The notes beneath the pieces are model-generated. The model searched no databases, was not told where the DNA came from, and saw only the letters and a list, made by a program, of their open reading frames with translations. DNA of 64,000 nucleotides from Patescibacteria group bacterium. Its GTDB lineage: Bacteria; Patescibacteriota; Doudnabacteria; UBA920. Numbering within the stretch: the first letter of the stretch is position 1; each line of letters begins with the position of its first letter. This document shows positions 26,481-36,669 of the stretch, piece after piece. The stretch lies in the NCBI GenBank assembly GCA_013387205.1, contig WARV01000019.1, forward strand, positions 3,642 to 67,641, in the 5' to 3' direction. Position numbers and translations under genes: made by a program.

Positions 26481-27653
26481 ATGGAACAAAATATCGAGCA
26501 GCAAATTTTTGAGCAGTTCTCAAAAGCCAATAAAATTTTAATCGCTTTACCGGAAGCTGTCACCGCGGACGCCCTGGCCAGTTCTTTGGCTTTGGCGCTG
26601 TTTTTAAAACGTCTGGACAAGGATGTTGAAGTGCTGACTTCCGGGGTGTTGCCGGAAAATTTAAGCTTCCTTCCCGGCTACCAACTGATAAAATCCGACA
26701 TTAGCAGCGGCAAAAGCTTGGTTGTGACAGTGGATACCTCAGTTAAGAAATTGGATGAAATTAGCTATCAAGTACATGACGGCAAAGTCAGTATTTATCT
26801 TAAGCCCAAAGACGGAAGCTTTACCCCGGAGGACGTGTCTTTTTCCACGGAAAAATTTCCGGTAGATTTGCTGGTGGCCGTCGAGTGCCGGTCTTTGGAA
26901 TCCTTGGGGCAGCTTTTCGAGAAGCACGCGGACCTGCTGTTTGGAATCCCTAAGATAAATATAGACAACAAGGCCGGCAATGAGTATTTCGGCGCCATCA
27001 ATTTAATTGACATTAACGCCAGCTCGGTCGCGGAAATAATTTCTTCGCTGTTTGAAAAATACGAAACCCAGCTGGTCAACGAAGATATTGCCACCTGTTT
27101 GCTTACCGGAATTATTACCAAAACCGACAGTTTCCAGCATGTCCAAACCACGCCCAAGGCTTTTGTAAAAGCCTCTGAGCTGATAAGCTTGGGCGGCAGG
27201 CAGCAGGAAGTCATTAAGAATATTTATAAAACCAAATCCTTGCCCATGCTGAAATTGTGGGGCCGGGCCTTGGCCAGACTGAAAGTCAACGATAATTTGC
27301 AGGCCGCCTACTCGGCTTTAAATCTCGGCGATTTTGAAAAAGCCGGAGCCAGTGAAAAAGATTTGCCTGAAGTGCTAAAAGAACTTTTAGATAACATTTC
27401 CGGTTATCGTCTTGTCGCGCTTTTCAGTGAAAGGCCGGACGGAGGAGTTTCGGGTATACTTGCAGTCCATCCTCAAATTGACATGGATGTTTTGGTCCAG
27501 CAAATCCATGGATTGGATTTGTCTAAAGATGGAAACCTCGGGGCGTTTAAAGTCTGCCGGCTTGTTTTGCCAAAAACTTCCCTTCTTGAAGCCGAAACCA
27601 AGCTCGTTGACGCCTTAAGCAAAACCCATTCCGGATTTTTGCCGGAGATATAA
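26481..27653 (+). CDS. DHH-family (NrnA-like) protein with degenerate catalytic motifs
   Basis: Fold markers ATCLLTGII, TDSF; DHH position reads DNK. Confidence 0.75.
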   Translation: MEQNIEQQIFEQFSKANKILIALPEAVTADALASSLALALFLKRLDKDVEVLTSGVLPENLSFLPGYQLIKSDISSGKSLVVTVDTSVKKLDEISYQVHDGKVSIYLKPKDGSFTPEDVSFSTEKFPVDLLVAVECRSLESLGQLFEKHADLLFGIPKINIDNKAGNEYFGAINLIDINASSVAEIISSLFEKYETQLVNEDIATCLLTGIITKTDSFQHVQTTPKAFVKASELISLGGRQQEVIKNIYKTKSLPMLKLWGRALARLKVNDNLQAAYSALNLGDFEKAGASEKDLPEVLKELLDNISGYRLVALFSERPDGGVSGILAVHPQIDMDVLVQQIHGLDLSKDGNLGAFKVCRLVLPKTSLLEAETKLVDALSKTHSGFLPEI

Positions 27654-27670
27654 AATTATTCGATTAAATT

Positions 27671-27715
27671 AATACAAGGATGCCCCCTGCGCAGCGCAGG
27701 GGGCATCCTTGTATT
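27671..27715. repeat. Hairpin with CAAGGATGCCCC arms (related inverted arrangement at 30996-31038)
   Basis: aatacaaggatgccccctgcg-cag-cgcagggggcatccttgtatt. Confidence 0.85.
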
Positions 27716-27807
27716 TTAAGATTTTAATTTTTTGATGCCTATCCCAAAAAAATGTTATAATAAATGCACGCTTTGAGTAGAATCATTTTTTAGAAACCAA
27801 AAAACAA

Positions 27808-29460
27808 ATGTCCGTTCATAATTTTTTGCCAGGAACTGAAAAAGACCTTCAAAGGTCTTTGGATGACTTAAGCCGCAGGATGCAGGAAGACGAAGCTAAG
27901 GCTAAGGCTTCGGGTTTAGGCTTGCCTTACGTGGACTTGCATAATTTTCCCATAGATTTGAATGTGCTCGGGTTGTTTACCAAAGAAGAAGCGGAAAGCA
28001 GCGGAGCCGTGCCGTTTTTCAAGGATTTGACCGATTTAAGGATTGGCGCGACCGATCCGGAGAATCCGCTGCTTTTGGAGAAAATCGACGAGTTTTCCAA
28101 AAAACACAAAATCAGTTTGTACTTGATTTCCAAACCAAGCCTTGCCCAAGTCATGAAGTTTTACAGCAAAGTCCTGCGGCCTAAGCCTGGGCACGACGAG
28201 ACTGTTAGGGTAGAAACACAGGAAGAATATGGAAAAATACTCAAGCTGCTTGGGTCCGAAGAAGAGCAGGCAAAAAAAAGCGCCTCTGAACTTTTGGGGA
28301 TAATTTTCGGGGCCAGTATTTTTTTCAGCTCTTCCGATATCCATTTGGAGCCGGAAGATCATTTCGTCAAACTGCGCTACCGCATTGACGGCGTGTTACA
28401 GGACATGCTGCATTTTTCCAAAAGCCTGCAGCGCTCCATTGTTACCCGCATTAAAATAATTTCCAAGCTCAAGCTGAACGTGGAAAATGTTCCGCAAGAC
28501 GGCCGCATTACGTTTTATTATTTGGGAAAGCCCATAGATGTCCGCGTTTCAATTTTGCCGAGCGCTTACGGGGAGGAAATTGTCATGCGACTTTTGGGAA
28601 CCGGCGCGGTTAGCTTGAAACTTTCGGACTTAGGCCTGAGCCAGGATGACCAGGAAATCATAAACAGGCAGCTGGCCAAACCCAATGGCATGATAGTCAC
28701 CACCGGCCCGACCGGCAGCGGCAAGACCACGACTTTGTACGCGTTTATAAACGAACTCAACGAGCCTGGCGTAAAAATTATCACTTTGGAAGATCCGGTG
28801 GAATACAAGCTGGAAGGAATTGTGCAGACGCCAATCGACCATGGCGTGGATTTTGATTTTGCCAAAGGCCTGCGCGCAATTTTAAGGCAGGACCCTGACA
28901 TTGTCATGGTCGGCGAAATCCGCGACCAGGAAACTGCGGAAACTGCCATGCAGGCGGCATTGACCGGCCACTTGGTTTTGTCGACTTTGCACACCAATGA
29001 TGCGGCTGGCGCCATCCCGCGCTTGCTTAACATGGGAGTTAAGCCGTTTGTCATCGGTCCGGCGCTTTCGGCAGTTATTGCCCAAAGGCTGGTACGGAAA
29101 ATCTGCCAGAACTGCAAAACCAAAGCCGCGCTATCGCCGGCTGTAATGGAAAAAATCACTTTCCTGCTAAAGCAATTGCCAAAAAATAAAAAAGAAAAAT
29201 TGCCGAAAGCTTTGCAGTTTTACCATTCAACCGGCTGTGAGCAGTGTCATCATTTGGGATATAAAGGCAGGGTTGGCATTTACGAAGTTTTGGAAATTAC
29301 GCAAAAAGTACAGGATTTGATTATGAAAGATTCTGTCATGAGCGCGTACAAACAGGCTGGTGTTGGGCAAGGCATGATAACCATGGTCCAGGACGGGTTA
29401 CTTAAAGCCTTGGACGGAATTACGGATGTGGAAGAAGTGTTCAGGGTGGCAGGGGAGTGA
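27808..29460 (+). CDS. GspE/PilB family type IV pilus assembly ATPase
   Basis: SDIHLEP, GPTGSGKTT, LRQDPD, TGHLVLSTLH, CxxC..CxxC. Confidence 0.95.
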   Translation: MSVHNFLPGTEKDLQRSLDDLSRRMQEDEAKAKASGLGLPYVDLHNFPIDLNVLGLFTKEEAESSGAVPFFKDLTDLRIGATDPENPLLLEKIDEFSKKHKISLYLISKPSLAQVMKFYSKVLRPKPGHDETVRVETQEEYGKILKLLGSEEEQAKKSASELLGIIFGASIFFSSSDIHLEPEDHFVKLRYRIDGVLQDMLHFSKSLQRSIVTRIKIISKLKLNVENVPQDGRITFYYLGKPIDVRVSILPSAYGEEIVMRLLGTGAVSLKLSDLGLSQDDQEIINRQLAKPNGMIVTTGPTGSGKTTTLYAFINELNEPGVKIITLEDPVEYKLEGIVQTPIDHGVDFDFAKGLRAILRQDPDIVMVGEIRDQETAETAMQAALTGHLVLSTLHTNDAAGAIPRLLNMGVKPFVIGPALSAVIAQRLVRKICQNCKTKAALSPAVMEKITFLLKQLPKNKKEKLPKALQFYHSTGCEQCHHLGYKGRVGIYEVLEITQKVQDLIMKDSVMSAYKQAGVGQGMITMVQDGLLKALDGITDVEEVFRVAGE

Positions 29461-29538
29461 TTTCTACTAAATACTAAAAGATACGAAAAATACTAAATTA
29501 AAATACCGCTTGTTCAAGCGGTATTTTAATTGTTACCC

Positions 29539-29567
29539 TTGACAAAATGGGCAAAAAGGTGTATAAT
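29539..29567 (+). promoter_or_regulatory. Consensus sigma70 promoter
   Basis: TTGACA-17-TATAAT exact. Confidence 0.8.
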
Positions 29568-29744
29568 AGCAAAACTATTATGCCAATGGCGTAGTAGTTG
29601 GTTTTTTGCCAAATTTAAGGGGGATATTAAAGAAGGAAAAATACTTTGGGCGGAAAAGCGCAGGGGTTAAATTGTCTTGCGCTTTTCCGCCCAAAGTAGC
29701 GGGCGCGAAGTTAACCGGGCAGCCCCCGGTAAAGGTGAAAGAAG

Positions 29745-30926
29745 ATGAAAAAGTATTTCTCAATCGTGCTTTTTGTGGTGGTTTTTACAGCCATCGCCGT
29801 AGCCCAGGAGACCACGGAACAGCGCCTTATGGCATTGGCGCGTAATGAAGCGGTGGTTTCGCAGATGGCTACTCGCGCCGCTAAAACGGCGCAGCCGCAA
29901 CCGCAGGCTATTAGCGTAACTTGCGACCAGCCACTGTTTTACGCGTCGCGTAGCACCGGCGACATCCGCACCTTGTGCGATGTTAACGGTGACGGCAAAG
30001 CCGACTTTGTCGGCAAGTTCTTCGACATTCCAAACGGAAGCGGGTATTTTGTGAGCGCCCTGTCATCGAATCGCGGCGGAAACCAGTTGTTTGCCGCAAC
30101 CGATGCCGGCAGCGTGTTTACACTTACAGATACGGATCGGAACGGTGTCGCGGACCCGCAATTCGTCCGGGAAAACCCTGGCCTGTCATACACCGAACGG
30201 TTGTTGCCGCTTTTTGACGGAACGATGAGTTACGTTTACACAGAGAACTCATCAACCGGCCGGTTTAATTTGTATAGGCTGGAGTCCACGCAGACCAGCG
30301 TGTCGTCAGGCGACGTGCCTAGGTACGCGCAACGCATTGCCGGATCTGTTATGGCCCGGGACGGCGTTTACACCATCGACACAGGAATGGATGCGGTGCG
30401 CAAAATCGGCTTCAATGGTGTTGGCTATCTTGACAACAAGAATAGCAGCAACGAAGTTTTATACAAAGGCGGCAGGATTACCAGCATTGCGCTGGACGAG
30501 AAGTTGGGATTGATGTTTGTCCTGCATGCTGGCGACTGTAACGACCAGCTGATTCCATCGGTTTCCGCCACTCCAGCGCCTTGCGCCGCCGCATCTGTGG
30601 TTGTGGTGAATTTGAACAAAGGTGTAATGGGGTCTGCAAGGGTTCTGGCAAACGGCCCGGAATTGAACGTGTATTATAGCTTCACCGCCCATTCAATGGT
30701 CGCGCGCAATGGCAAGTTGTATGTCGTCGTCAATAGCCCAGGAAACAACGGCCATTGCATTCTGGAATATCGGTATGACCAATTCAAAGGCCAGCCGGTA
30801 AACCCGGCGGTATTTGCGGATGCTGACCTGCTCGGAGAATGGGAATTTGTTGGCGCACTGTCGTTTTTCGACGGCGGGCCGATAAATAACAACGTTGCGG
30901 TTCCGGTAAATCCAGTAAATCCGTAG
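29745..30926 (+). CDS. Secreted beta-rich (probable beta-propeller) protein
   Basis: Signal peptide; DVNGDGKAD and DTDRNGVAD Ca-binding-like loops. Confidence 0.7.
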   Translation: MKKYFSIVLFVVVFTAIAVAQETTEQRLMALARNEAVVSQMATRAAKTAQPQPQAISVTCDQPLFYASRSTGDIRTLCDVNGDGKADFVGKFFDIPNGSGYFVSALSSNRGGNQLFAATDAGSVFTLTDTDRNGVADPQFVRENPGLSYTERLLPLFDGTMSYVYTENSSTGRFNLYRLESTQTSVSSGDVPRYAQRIAGSVMARDGVYTIDTGMDAVRKIGFNGVGYLDNKNSSNEVLYKGGRITSIALDEKLGLMFVLHAGDCNDQLIPSVSATPAPCAAASVVVVNLNKGVMGSARVLANGPELNVYYSFTAHSMVARNGKLYVVVNSPGNNGHCILEYRYDQFKGQPVNPAVFADADLLGEWEFVGALSFFDGGPINNNVAVPVNPVNP

Positions 30927-31153
30927 TTTTCCTTCTTCTCGCGCGGGCGGTGATCGCAAGATTGCCGCCCGTGTTTTTTATGATTGAAATTTTGGCAACA
31001 AGGGGCATCCTTGATCAGATCAAGGATGCCCCTTGTTGAGTTGAAGTTTGTGTCGTAATAAAAATTTTATGGACAAAAGCTGCAAAATTTGCTATAATAT
31101 ATTTACACAATTAAATTTTTGAAACAAAAAAGAAAAATTTAAGAGGGAAAAAT

Positions 31154-31909
31154 ATGAATCCTTATACTTATCAGAGAAAAAGCCATCCAAAAAAGAAAAT
31201 GGCCAAAAGTGTTGCGCCCGGGTCTGCGATGTCTTTTATCAAGCATGTTGCCAATTACAATATCAGTCCGGCTATTGCTTTTTCATTCATTTTATTCGCG
31301 GCTTTTTCTTCCGTCTCTTTGACATTCGTGCTGTGGGCAGAAGCGCCTACCGTATATGATTCGCCAGTAACAGCGGTAAACGCCGTAAAATCATTTGCCA
31401 AAGCCGAAGGCGCAGTTTTAGGGCAAACAACGAAAGCTGATTTGAACAAAGTAGAATACCTGACTGTTCCGGGTAATAAGAAGCTTAAGTTAAAAATTCA
31501 AGCATCAAATTTTACGGACGGCAAATGGAGCTATAACGTATTTTGGAGCAAACCGGACGGACAAGGCGGCTCAATTTACATTAGGCCGTCTTACGATAAG
31601 AACAAAAACGTTTACAGTTTGGACAGTACTCAGGCTTTGGAAAAATATGGCAGCGGCAACATTACGACCGATGCGGTATTTATCCCAAGTACCAAATACG
31701 TTTTGGAGTTTTATTCCAAAGCTGATGGCAAAGGCAAGCTTCTCTTAAGGAAGTATTTTACAGCGGAAAAATCTCCTGTTGTTGAGGAGACGCCAAAAGA
31801 AAACATGGTTTTTTGCACCCAGGACGCAAAAATTTGCCCGGATGGGACAGCAGTCGGCAGGACTGGCCCCAAGTGCGAATTCGCCCCATGTCCGTCTACA
31901 ACAAAATAA
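31154..31909 (+). CDS. Membrane-anchored hypothetical protein with C-terminal Cys-rich motif
   Basis: One TM helix; CTQDAKICPDGTAVGRTGPKCEFAPCP. Confidence 0.8.
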   Translation: MNPYTYQRKSHPKKKMAKSVAPGSAMSFIKHVANYNISPAIAFSFILFAAFSSVSLTFVLWAEAPTVYDSPVTAVNAVKSFAKAEGAVLGQTTKADLNKVEYLTVPGNKKLKLKIQASNFTDGKWSYNVFWSKPDGQGGSIYIRPSYDKNKNVYSLDSTQALEKYGSGNITTDAVFIPSTKYVLEFYSKADGKGKLLLRKYFTAEKSPVVEETPKENMVFCTQDAKICPDGTAVGRTGPKCEFAPCPSTTK

Positions 31910-32044
31910 CATTAGATGAAATTTAACCCCGCCTTTCGCGAAGGGCGGGGTTTTTAGTCGACTATATAAAGGTTTTTGTTTATAATTAAACTAGTCCTAT
32001 ATGGTCAAAGAGCACCTTTGGCCAACATCAATAACACTATTTTT

Positions 32045-34864
32045 ATGGCCAAAACAGAAACACCAAAATACATGTTAGTTGACGGCAACGCGCTTATTCA
32101 TCGCGGTTATCACGCCATGCCCAATTTGTCCACGAAGAACGGCGAATTGACCGGCGCGGTCTACGGCTTTAGTTTGATATTGCTGCGTGCCATAGCCGAC
32201 ATTAAACCTACGCACATTGCCGTGACTTTCGATTTGGCTGCCCCGACTTTCAGGCATGTGGCTTACGCGGAATACAAAGCCACCAGGGTAAAAGCCGACC
32301 AGGAACTTTATGACCAGATCCCCCGGGTCAAAGAAGTGGTTAAGGCTTTAAACATCCCTATTTTTGAAAAAGAAGGCTACGAGGCCGATGACTTGCTGGG
32401 GACACTCGCTACGGATATTTGTAAGCACTGCAAAGGGCAGTGCGAAGTATTTATCGTTACCGGTGATTTGGATACTTTGCAACTGGTTAACGATTGCGTT
32501 AAAGTTTACACTCTTAAAAAAGGACTGGCTGACACTTTGGTTTACGATGAGCAGGCAGTAGTTAACCGCTATGGATTAAACCCTAACCAGATGGTGGATT
32601 ACCGCGCGCTTAAAGGCGATCCTTCCGACAACATCATTGGCGTAAAAGGAATTGGCGAAAAAACCGCGGCTGAACTGATAAGGAGATTTGGTAGCCTTGA
32701 TGAGTTATATAAGTTCGTTCACAAAGCTGCGAAGTCCCGTACCGAACCGCCAGGTTCTGGTACTGGGATTAAAGCCAAAAATAAACCAGAGGACATCAGG
32801 CCGAGAATTTTAGAGCTTTTGGAAAAACAGGAAGCTTCTGCCCGCCAGTCTTTTGAGTTATCCAGGATTATGTGCGAAGTGCCCGTAGAAACTAGTTTGC
32901 CCAAATACGAATTCGGCCAGGAAAATTTTGAAGCGGCTTTCAAGATGTTCCAGGATTTGGAATTTAAAAGCTTGATTGCCAAACTGCCGAAAACTTTTGC
33001 GCCAACGGTCAAGCCCGAAGAGTTTGAAGCGGCAGGCAGTACGGCAGAGCCTTTGCATAAAAAGCCGAGCAAGCAGAAATATATTTTGGTGGAATCGGAA
33101 AACCAGCTTAAAGAAGCATTGAAAGATTTCCATAAACAGCCGGAAATTGCCATTGATACGGAAACGGACAATGTGAATCCCATTGACGCCAAAGTCATAG
33201 GCGTATCTTTGTGCTGCATTGACGGCAGTGCTTACTATATTCCTGCGCCGCTGGCTTTGGAAAATCCTGAACTAAAAAAAATAATTGAAGGACATGCCAA
33301 AAAAGTAGGGCATAATTTGAAGTTTGATTATCTGGCTTTAGAAAATGCCAAGATTAATTTAGCCAGTTTGTCTTTCGATACCATGGTGGCTTCGTATCTT
33401 TTAAATCCCGGAACACGCCAGCACAATTTGGACGCTTTGGCTTTTAGCGAACTTGGCTACCATATGGAGCCGATTGAGGAACTGATTGGTAAAGGCAAAA
33501 AGCAGATAACTATGGACCAGGTGCCGCTGGATCGCGTGGCGCATCATGCCTGCGAAGACGTGGATATGACTTACCGCCTTAAGAGCCTTTATGAGCCGGA
33601 ACTGAAAAAATCCGGCTTGAGCGGGATCTTTTACAATATTGAAATGCCGCTCGTAGAAGTTTTAGCCAACATGGAAAGGTGGGGAATTGAACTCGATGTG
33701 GAGTTTTTGGCTGAACTGTCAGGCCAGGCTGAAAAAGAAATTAACAAACTGGAAAAAGAAATCCACGACTTGACCGGCGAGCCGGAATTGAATATAAATT
33801 CACCTTTGCAGCTAAAAAAAGTTTTGTTTGAAAAGTTAAAATTGGAGCCTGTTAATAACAGAAAAACGAAAACCGGCTTGTCCACTGCCGCTTCGGAACT
33901 GGAAAAAATTATTGGACAGCACCCGGTTATTGAAAAACTTTTGGATTACCGCGAGCTTTCCAAACTGCAGTCCACATACTTGTTGGCCATGTCCGAGCTG
34001 GTCAATAATAAAACCGGCCGACTGCACACTAGCTTTAATCAAACCGTGACAGCGACAGGAAGATTATCGTCATCTGACCCCAACTTGCAGAACATTCCAG
34101 TCAGGGGTACGGGTTTGGGCAGCCAAATTCGCAAGGCTTTTAAGCCGGCCAAAGGCTTTAAGCTTTTGTCTTTGGATTATTCCCAAATCGAGCTAAGGAT
34201 TGTGGCGCATTTGGCCCAAGACCAAAAAATGATGGCCGTGTTTAAGAACGAAGAAGATATCCATACCAAAACTGCCATGGAAATTTTTGGCGTTAAGGAA
34301 GAAGATGTAACCAAAGACATGAGGCGCGATGCCAAAACCATCAATTTTGGAATTTTATACGGCTTGTCGAGTTTTGGGTTGTCTAACCGGATTGGGCAGG
34401 TAAGCCGAGCCGAGGCTAAAGAGTTCATTAATAAATACTTTGCCGCGTATCCGAGAATTAACGATTATATAGAAAACATCGTCAAGGTCGCGCACGAACA
34501 GGGGTTTGTCACCAATGAGCTGGGCCGGGTCAGGAAGTTCCCCGAAATCCATGCTAGGCAGTGGGCGGTCCGGGCAGCGGCTGAGCGCGCAGCTATAAAT
34601 TTTCCCATACAGTCTTTGGCAGCCGACGTAATCAAGGTGGCCATGGTTGATATATATAAAGAAGTTAGAAGCAAGAATCAAGAAGTTAGGATGTTATTGC
34701 AAGTACATGACGAATTAGTTTTCGAAGTACGTGAAGATTTGGTGGAGTTTTACGCGAAGAAATTTATTCCTTTAATGGAGAACTCTATAAAATTATCAGT
34801 TCCTGTTAGAGTGGAAGCCAAGGCAGGGGATAATTGGGGAGAGATGGATCAGGTTAGTTTATAG
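32045..34864 (+). CDS. polA: DNA polymerase I
   Basis: LVDG, GYEADD, IDTET, TGRLSSSDPNLQNIP, DYSQIELR, QVHDE; start ATG 32045. Confidence 0.98.
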   Translation: MAKTETPKYMLVDGNALIHRGYHAMPNLSTKNGELTGAVYGFSLILLRAIADIKPTHIAVTFDLAAPTFRHVAYAEYKATRVKADQELYDQIPRVKEVVKALNIPIFEKEGYEADDLLGTLATDICKHCKGQCEVFIVTGDLDTLQLVNDCVKVYTLKKGLADTLVYDEQAVVNRYGLNPNQMVDYRALKGDPSDNIIGVKGIGEKTAAELIRRFGSLDELYKFVHKAAKSRTEPPGSGTGIKAKNKPEDIRPRILELLEKQEASARQSFELSRIMCEVPVETSLPKYEFGQENFEAAFKMFQDLEFKSLIAKLPKTFAPTVKPEEFEAAGSTAEPLHKKPSKQKYILVESENQLKEALKDFHKQPEIAIDTETDNVNPIDAKVIGVSLCCIDGSAYYIPAPLALENPELKKIIEGHAKKVGHNLKFDYLALENAKINLASLSFDTMVASYLLNPGTRQHNLDALAFSELGYHMEPIEELIGKGKKQITMDQVPLDRVAHHACEDVDMTYRLKSLYEPELKKSGLSGIFYNIEMPLVEVLANMERWGIELDVEFLAELSGQAEKEINKLEKEIHDLTGEPELNINSPLQLKKVLFEKLKLEPVNNRKTKTGLSTAASELEKIIGQHPVIEKLLDYRELSKLQSTYLLAMSELVNNKTGRLHTSFNQTVTATGRLSSSDPNLQNIPVRGTGLGSQIRKAFKPAKGFKLLSLDYSQIELRIVAHLAQDQKMMAVFKNEEDIHTKTAMEIFGVKEEDVTKDMRRDAKTINFGILYGLSSFGLSNRIGQVSRAEAKEFINKYFAAYPRINDYIENIVKVAHEQGFVTNELGRVRKFPEIHARQWAVRAAAERAAINFPIQSLAADVIKVAMVDIYKEVRSKNQEVRMLLQVHDELVFEVREDLVEFYAKKFIPLMENSIKLSVPVRVEAKAGDNWGEMDQVSL
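32733..32770 (+). repeat. Hairpin element in frame inside polA; intergenic relative at 43464-43498
   Basis: agtcccgtaccgaaccgccaggttctggtactgggatt. Confidence 0.75.
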
Positions 34865-34955
34865 CTTTTAGTATTCAAAAAATCGGCAAAAGGCCTTCGC
34901 CAGCTGGCGAATTTTTGCTATGATATAGGAAAGGCAAACTTAAGACTTTAAAGTT

Positions 34956-35558
34956 ATGGCATTATCTACTTTTCATCAAAAACAAAAGAATTTAACGAGC
35001 GAAGAAATCCAAAGCCTTATTAGCAGGAGAGAGTTTGAGTTGGAGCAGGTGTTCCAGCAGGTCGAGGTTAAGTCGCCGAACACTCCGTTAAGGATTGCAG
35101 TGCTAGGCTGCGGGGATATTAGGATTGTCGACCCGTACAGGAAAATATTCGCCGGGCTTTTAAACAGGCAGGTCAGTATAAATATTTTTGACATTACGAT
35201 TGAACATTTAAAAGGCGAGAGCAATGTTTATGAATTTGACGCAACCCAGCCGGTGCCCGAAGGCCCTTATGATATTGCTTATGCCAACGAACTGTTAAAG
35301 TTCATTGAGACAGAAAGGCAGTGGTATGCCATTGAAAATTCCTACGGAGCGTTAAACGACAACGGCGTGGCTATCCATATTTTAGACAACCAGGATTTTG
35401 ACGAATCTATTCCTGCCGCAGAAGGGTTTTATAAAGTGCCTCTGGAAATGTGGAAGAGGAACATGTATATGCAGGGTATTCAATTTTACGAAATTCCGCT
35501 GTTTACCGGTCCCAAGAGAAAGGTGGAAGAAGCTTTGGCTTTAGTGCTGGTTAAATAA
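34956..35558 (+). CDS. Class I SAM-dependent methyltransferase-like protein
   Basis: IAVLGCG, FDAT, YDIAY, ALNDNG pattern. Confidence 0.6.
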   Translation: MALSTFHQKQKNLTSEEIQSLISRREFELEQVFQQVEVKSPNTPLRIAVLGCGDIRIVDPYRKIFAGLLNRQVSINIFDITIEHLKGESNVYEFDATQPVPEGPYDIAYANELLKFIETERQWYAIENSYGALNDNGVAIHILDNQDFDESIPAAEGFYKVPLEMWKRNMYMQGIQFYEIPLFTGPKRKVEEALALVLVK

Positions 35559-35642
35559 TATTTTAATTTTATCCACAATTGTTGACAAAAGGTGGACAAA
35601 CGTATACCATAATATTATAGATAATACTTAAAGTATACGCAT

Positions 35643-36656
35643 ATGCCAGAAACAAATATCAACGAACAAATAAAAGGCGAGATAATAATTTACAAAGCTG
35701 CCGAAGGCCCGGAAGTCTTAGTTAATTTTGATAATGATGATGTTTGGGTAACTCAAGCAGATATTGCCAATCTGTTTCAAACAGAACGAAGCGTCATAAC
35801 CAAACACGTCGGCAATATTTTTAAATCCGCAGAACTAAGCGAGAATTCAGTATGTGCAAATTTTGCACATACTGCCGCTGACGGAAAAACATATAAAGTT
35901 AAGTATTATAATCTTGATGTAGTAATTTCTGTTGGGTATAGGGTAAATTCAAAAAAAGCCACGTTATTCAGGAAATGGGCAACTCAGAAACTAAAAGAAT
36001 TGATGGTAAAAGGCTATACTGTCCAAGCAAAAACTTTGAAAGAGCAGCATAATTTCCAGTTAAAGGAATTACAACAGACGGTTAAGTTGTTCCAGAATGT
36101 TTTAGACCAGCAAAGGGCCGAGGGATACGAAAAGGATTTGCTGAATATTATTACGGACTACGCTGGAACGTGGGCGATTTTAAACAAGTATGACGAAGGC
36201 GAGCTGCGGATAGAAGATGTCACCAAAAAGACTGCCAAAAAAATCGGCCATGAAGAAATTGGGAAAATTATTGAAAAATTCCGGGCGCGGTTAGTTGCCA
36301 AAGGCCAGGCCAGCGGGTTTTTCGGACAGCAGTCCCCGGGCAAACTCCAAGCGGTTTTGGGTAGTATTTTCCAAACTTACGAAGGAAAAGAATTGTATCC
36401 GTCCTTGGAAGAGAAAGCGGCTCACTTGTTTTATTTCTTGATTAAAGACCATCCTTTTGTGGACGGTAACAAGCGGATTGCCTCTTTGGTGTTTTTGCTG
36501 TTCTTAGTTGAAAACCGGTTTTTAATAAACAGGAAAGGCGAGCGCAAAGTCAACGACAGCGCCTTGGCGGCGTTGGCATTGCTGGTGGCTGAAAGCAAGC
36601 CGGAGCAAAAGGATGTCATGGTCAAACTGGTAGTGAACATGATAAATAAAAAATAA
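35643..36656 (+). CDS. RhuM-Fic/Doc fusion protein
   Basis: TAADGKTY..YNLDVVISVGYRVNS (RhuM); HPFVDGNKR (Fic/Doc). Confidence 0.92.
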   Translation: MPETNINEQIKGEIIIYKAAEGPEVLVNFDNDDVWVTQADIANLFQTERSVITKHVGNIFKSAELSENSVCANFAHTAADGKTYKVKYYNLDVVISVGYRVNSKKATLFRKWATQKLKELMVKGYTVQAKTLKEQHNFQLKELQQTVKLFQNVLDQQRAEGYEKDLLNIITDYAGTWAILNKYDEGELRIEDVTKKTAKKIGHEEIGKIIEKFRARLVAKGQASGFFGQQSPGKLQAVLGSIFQTYEGKELYPSLEEKAAHLFYFLIKDHPFVDGNKRIASLVFLLFLVENRFLINRKGERKVNDSALAALALLVAESKPEQKDVMVKLVVNMINKK

Positions 36657-36669
36657 TAAAATAATATTT

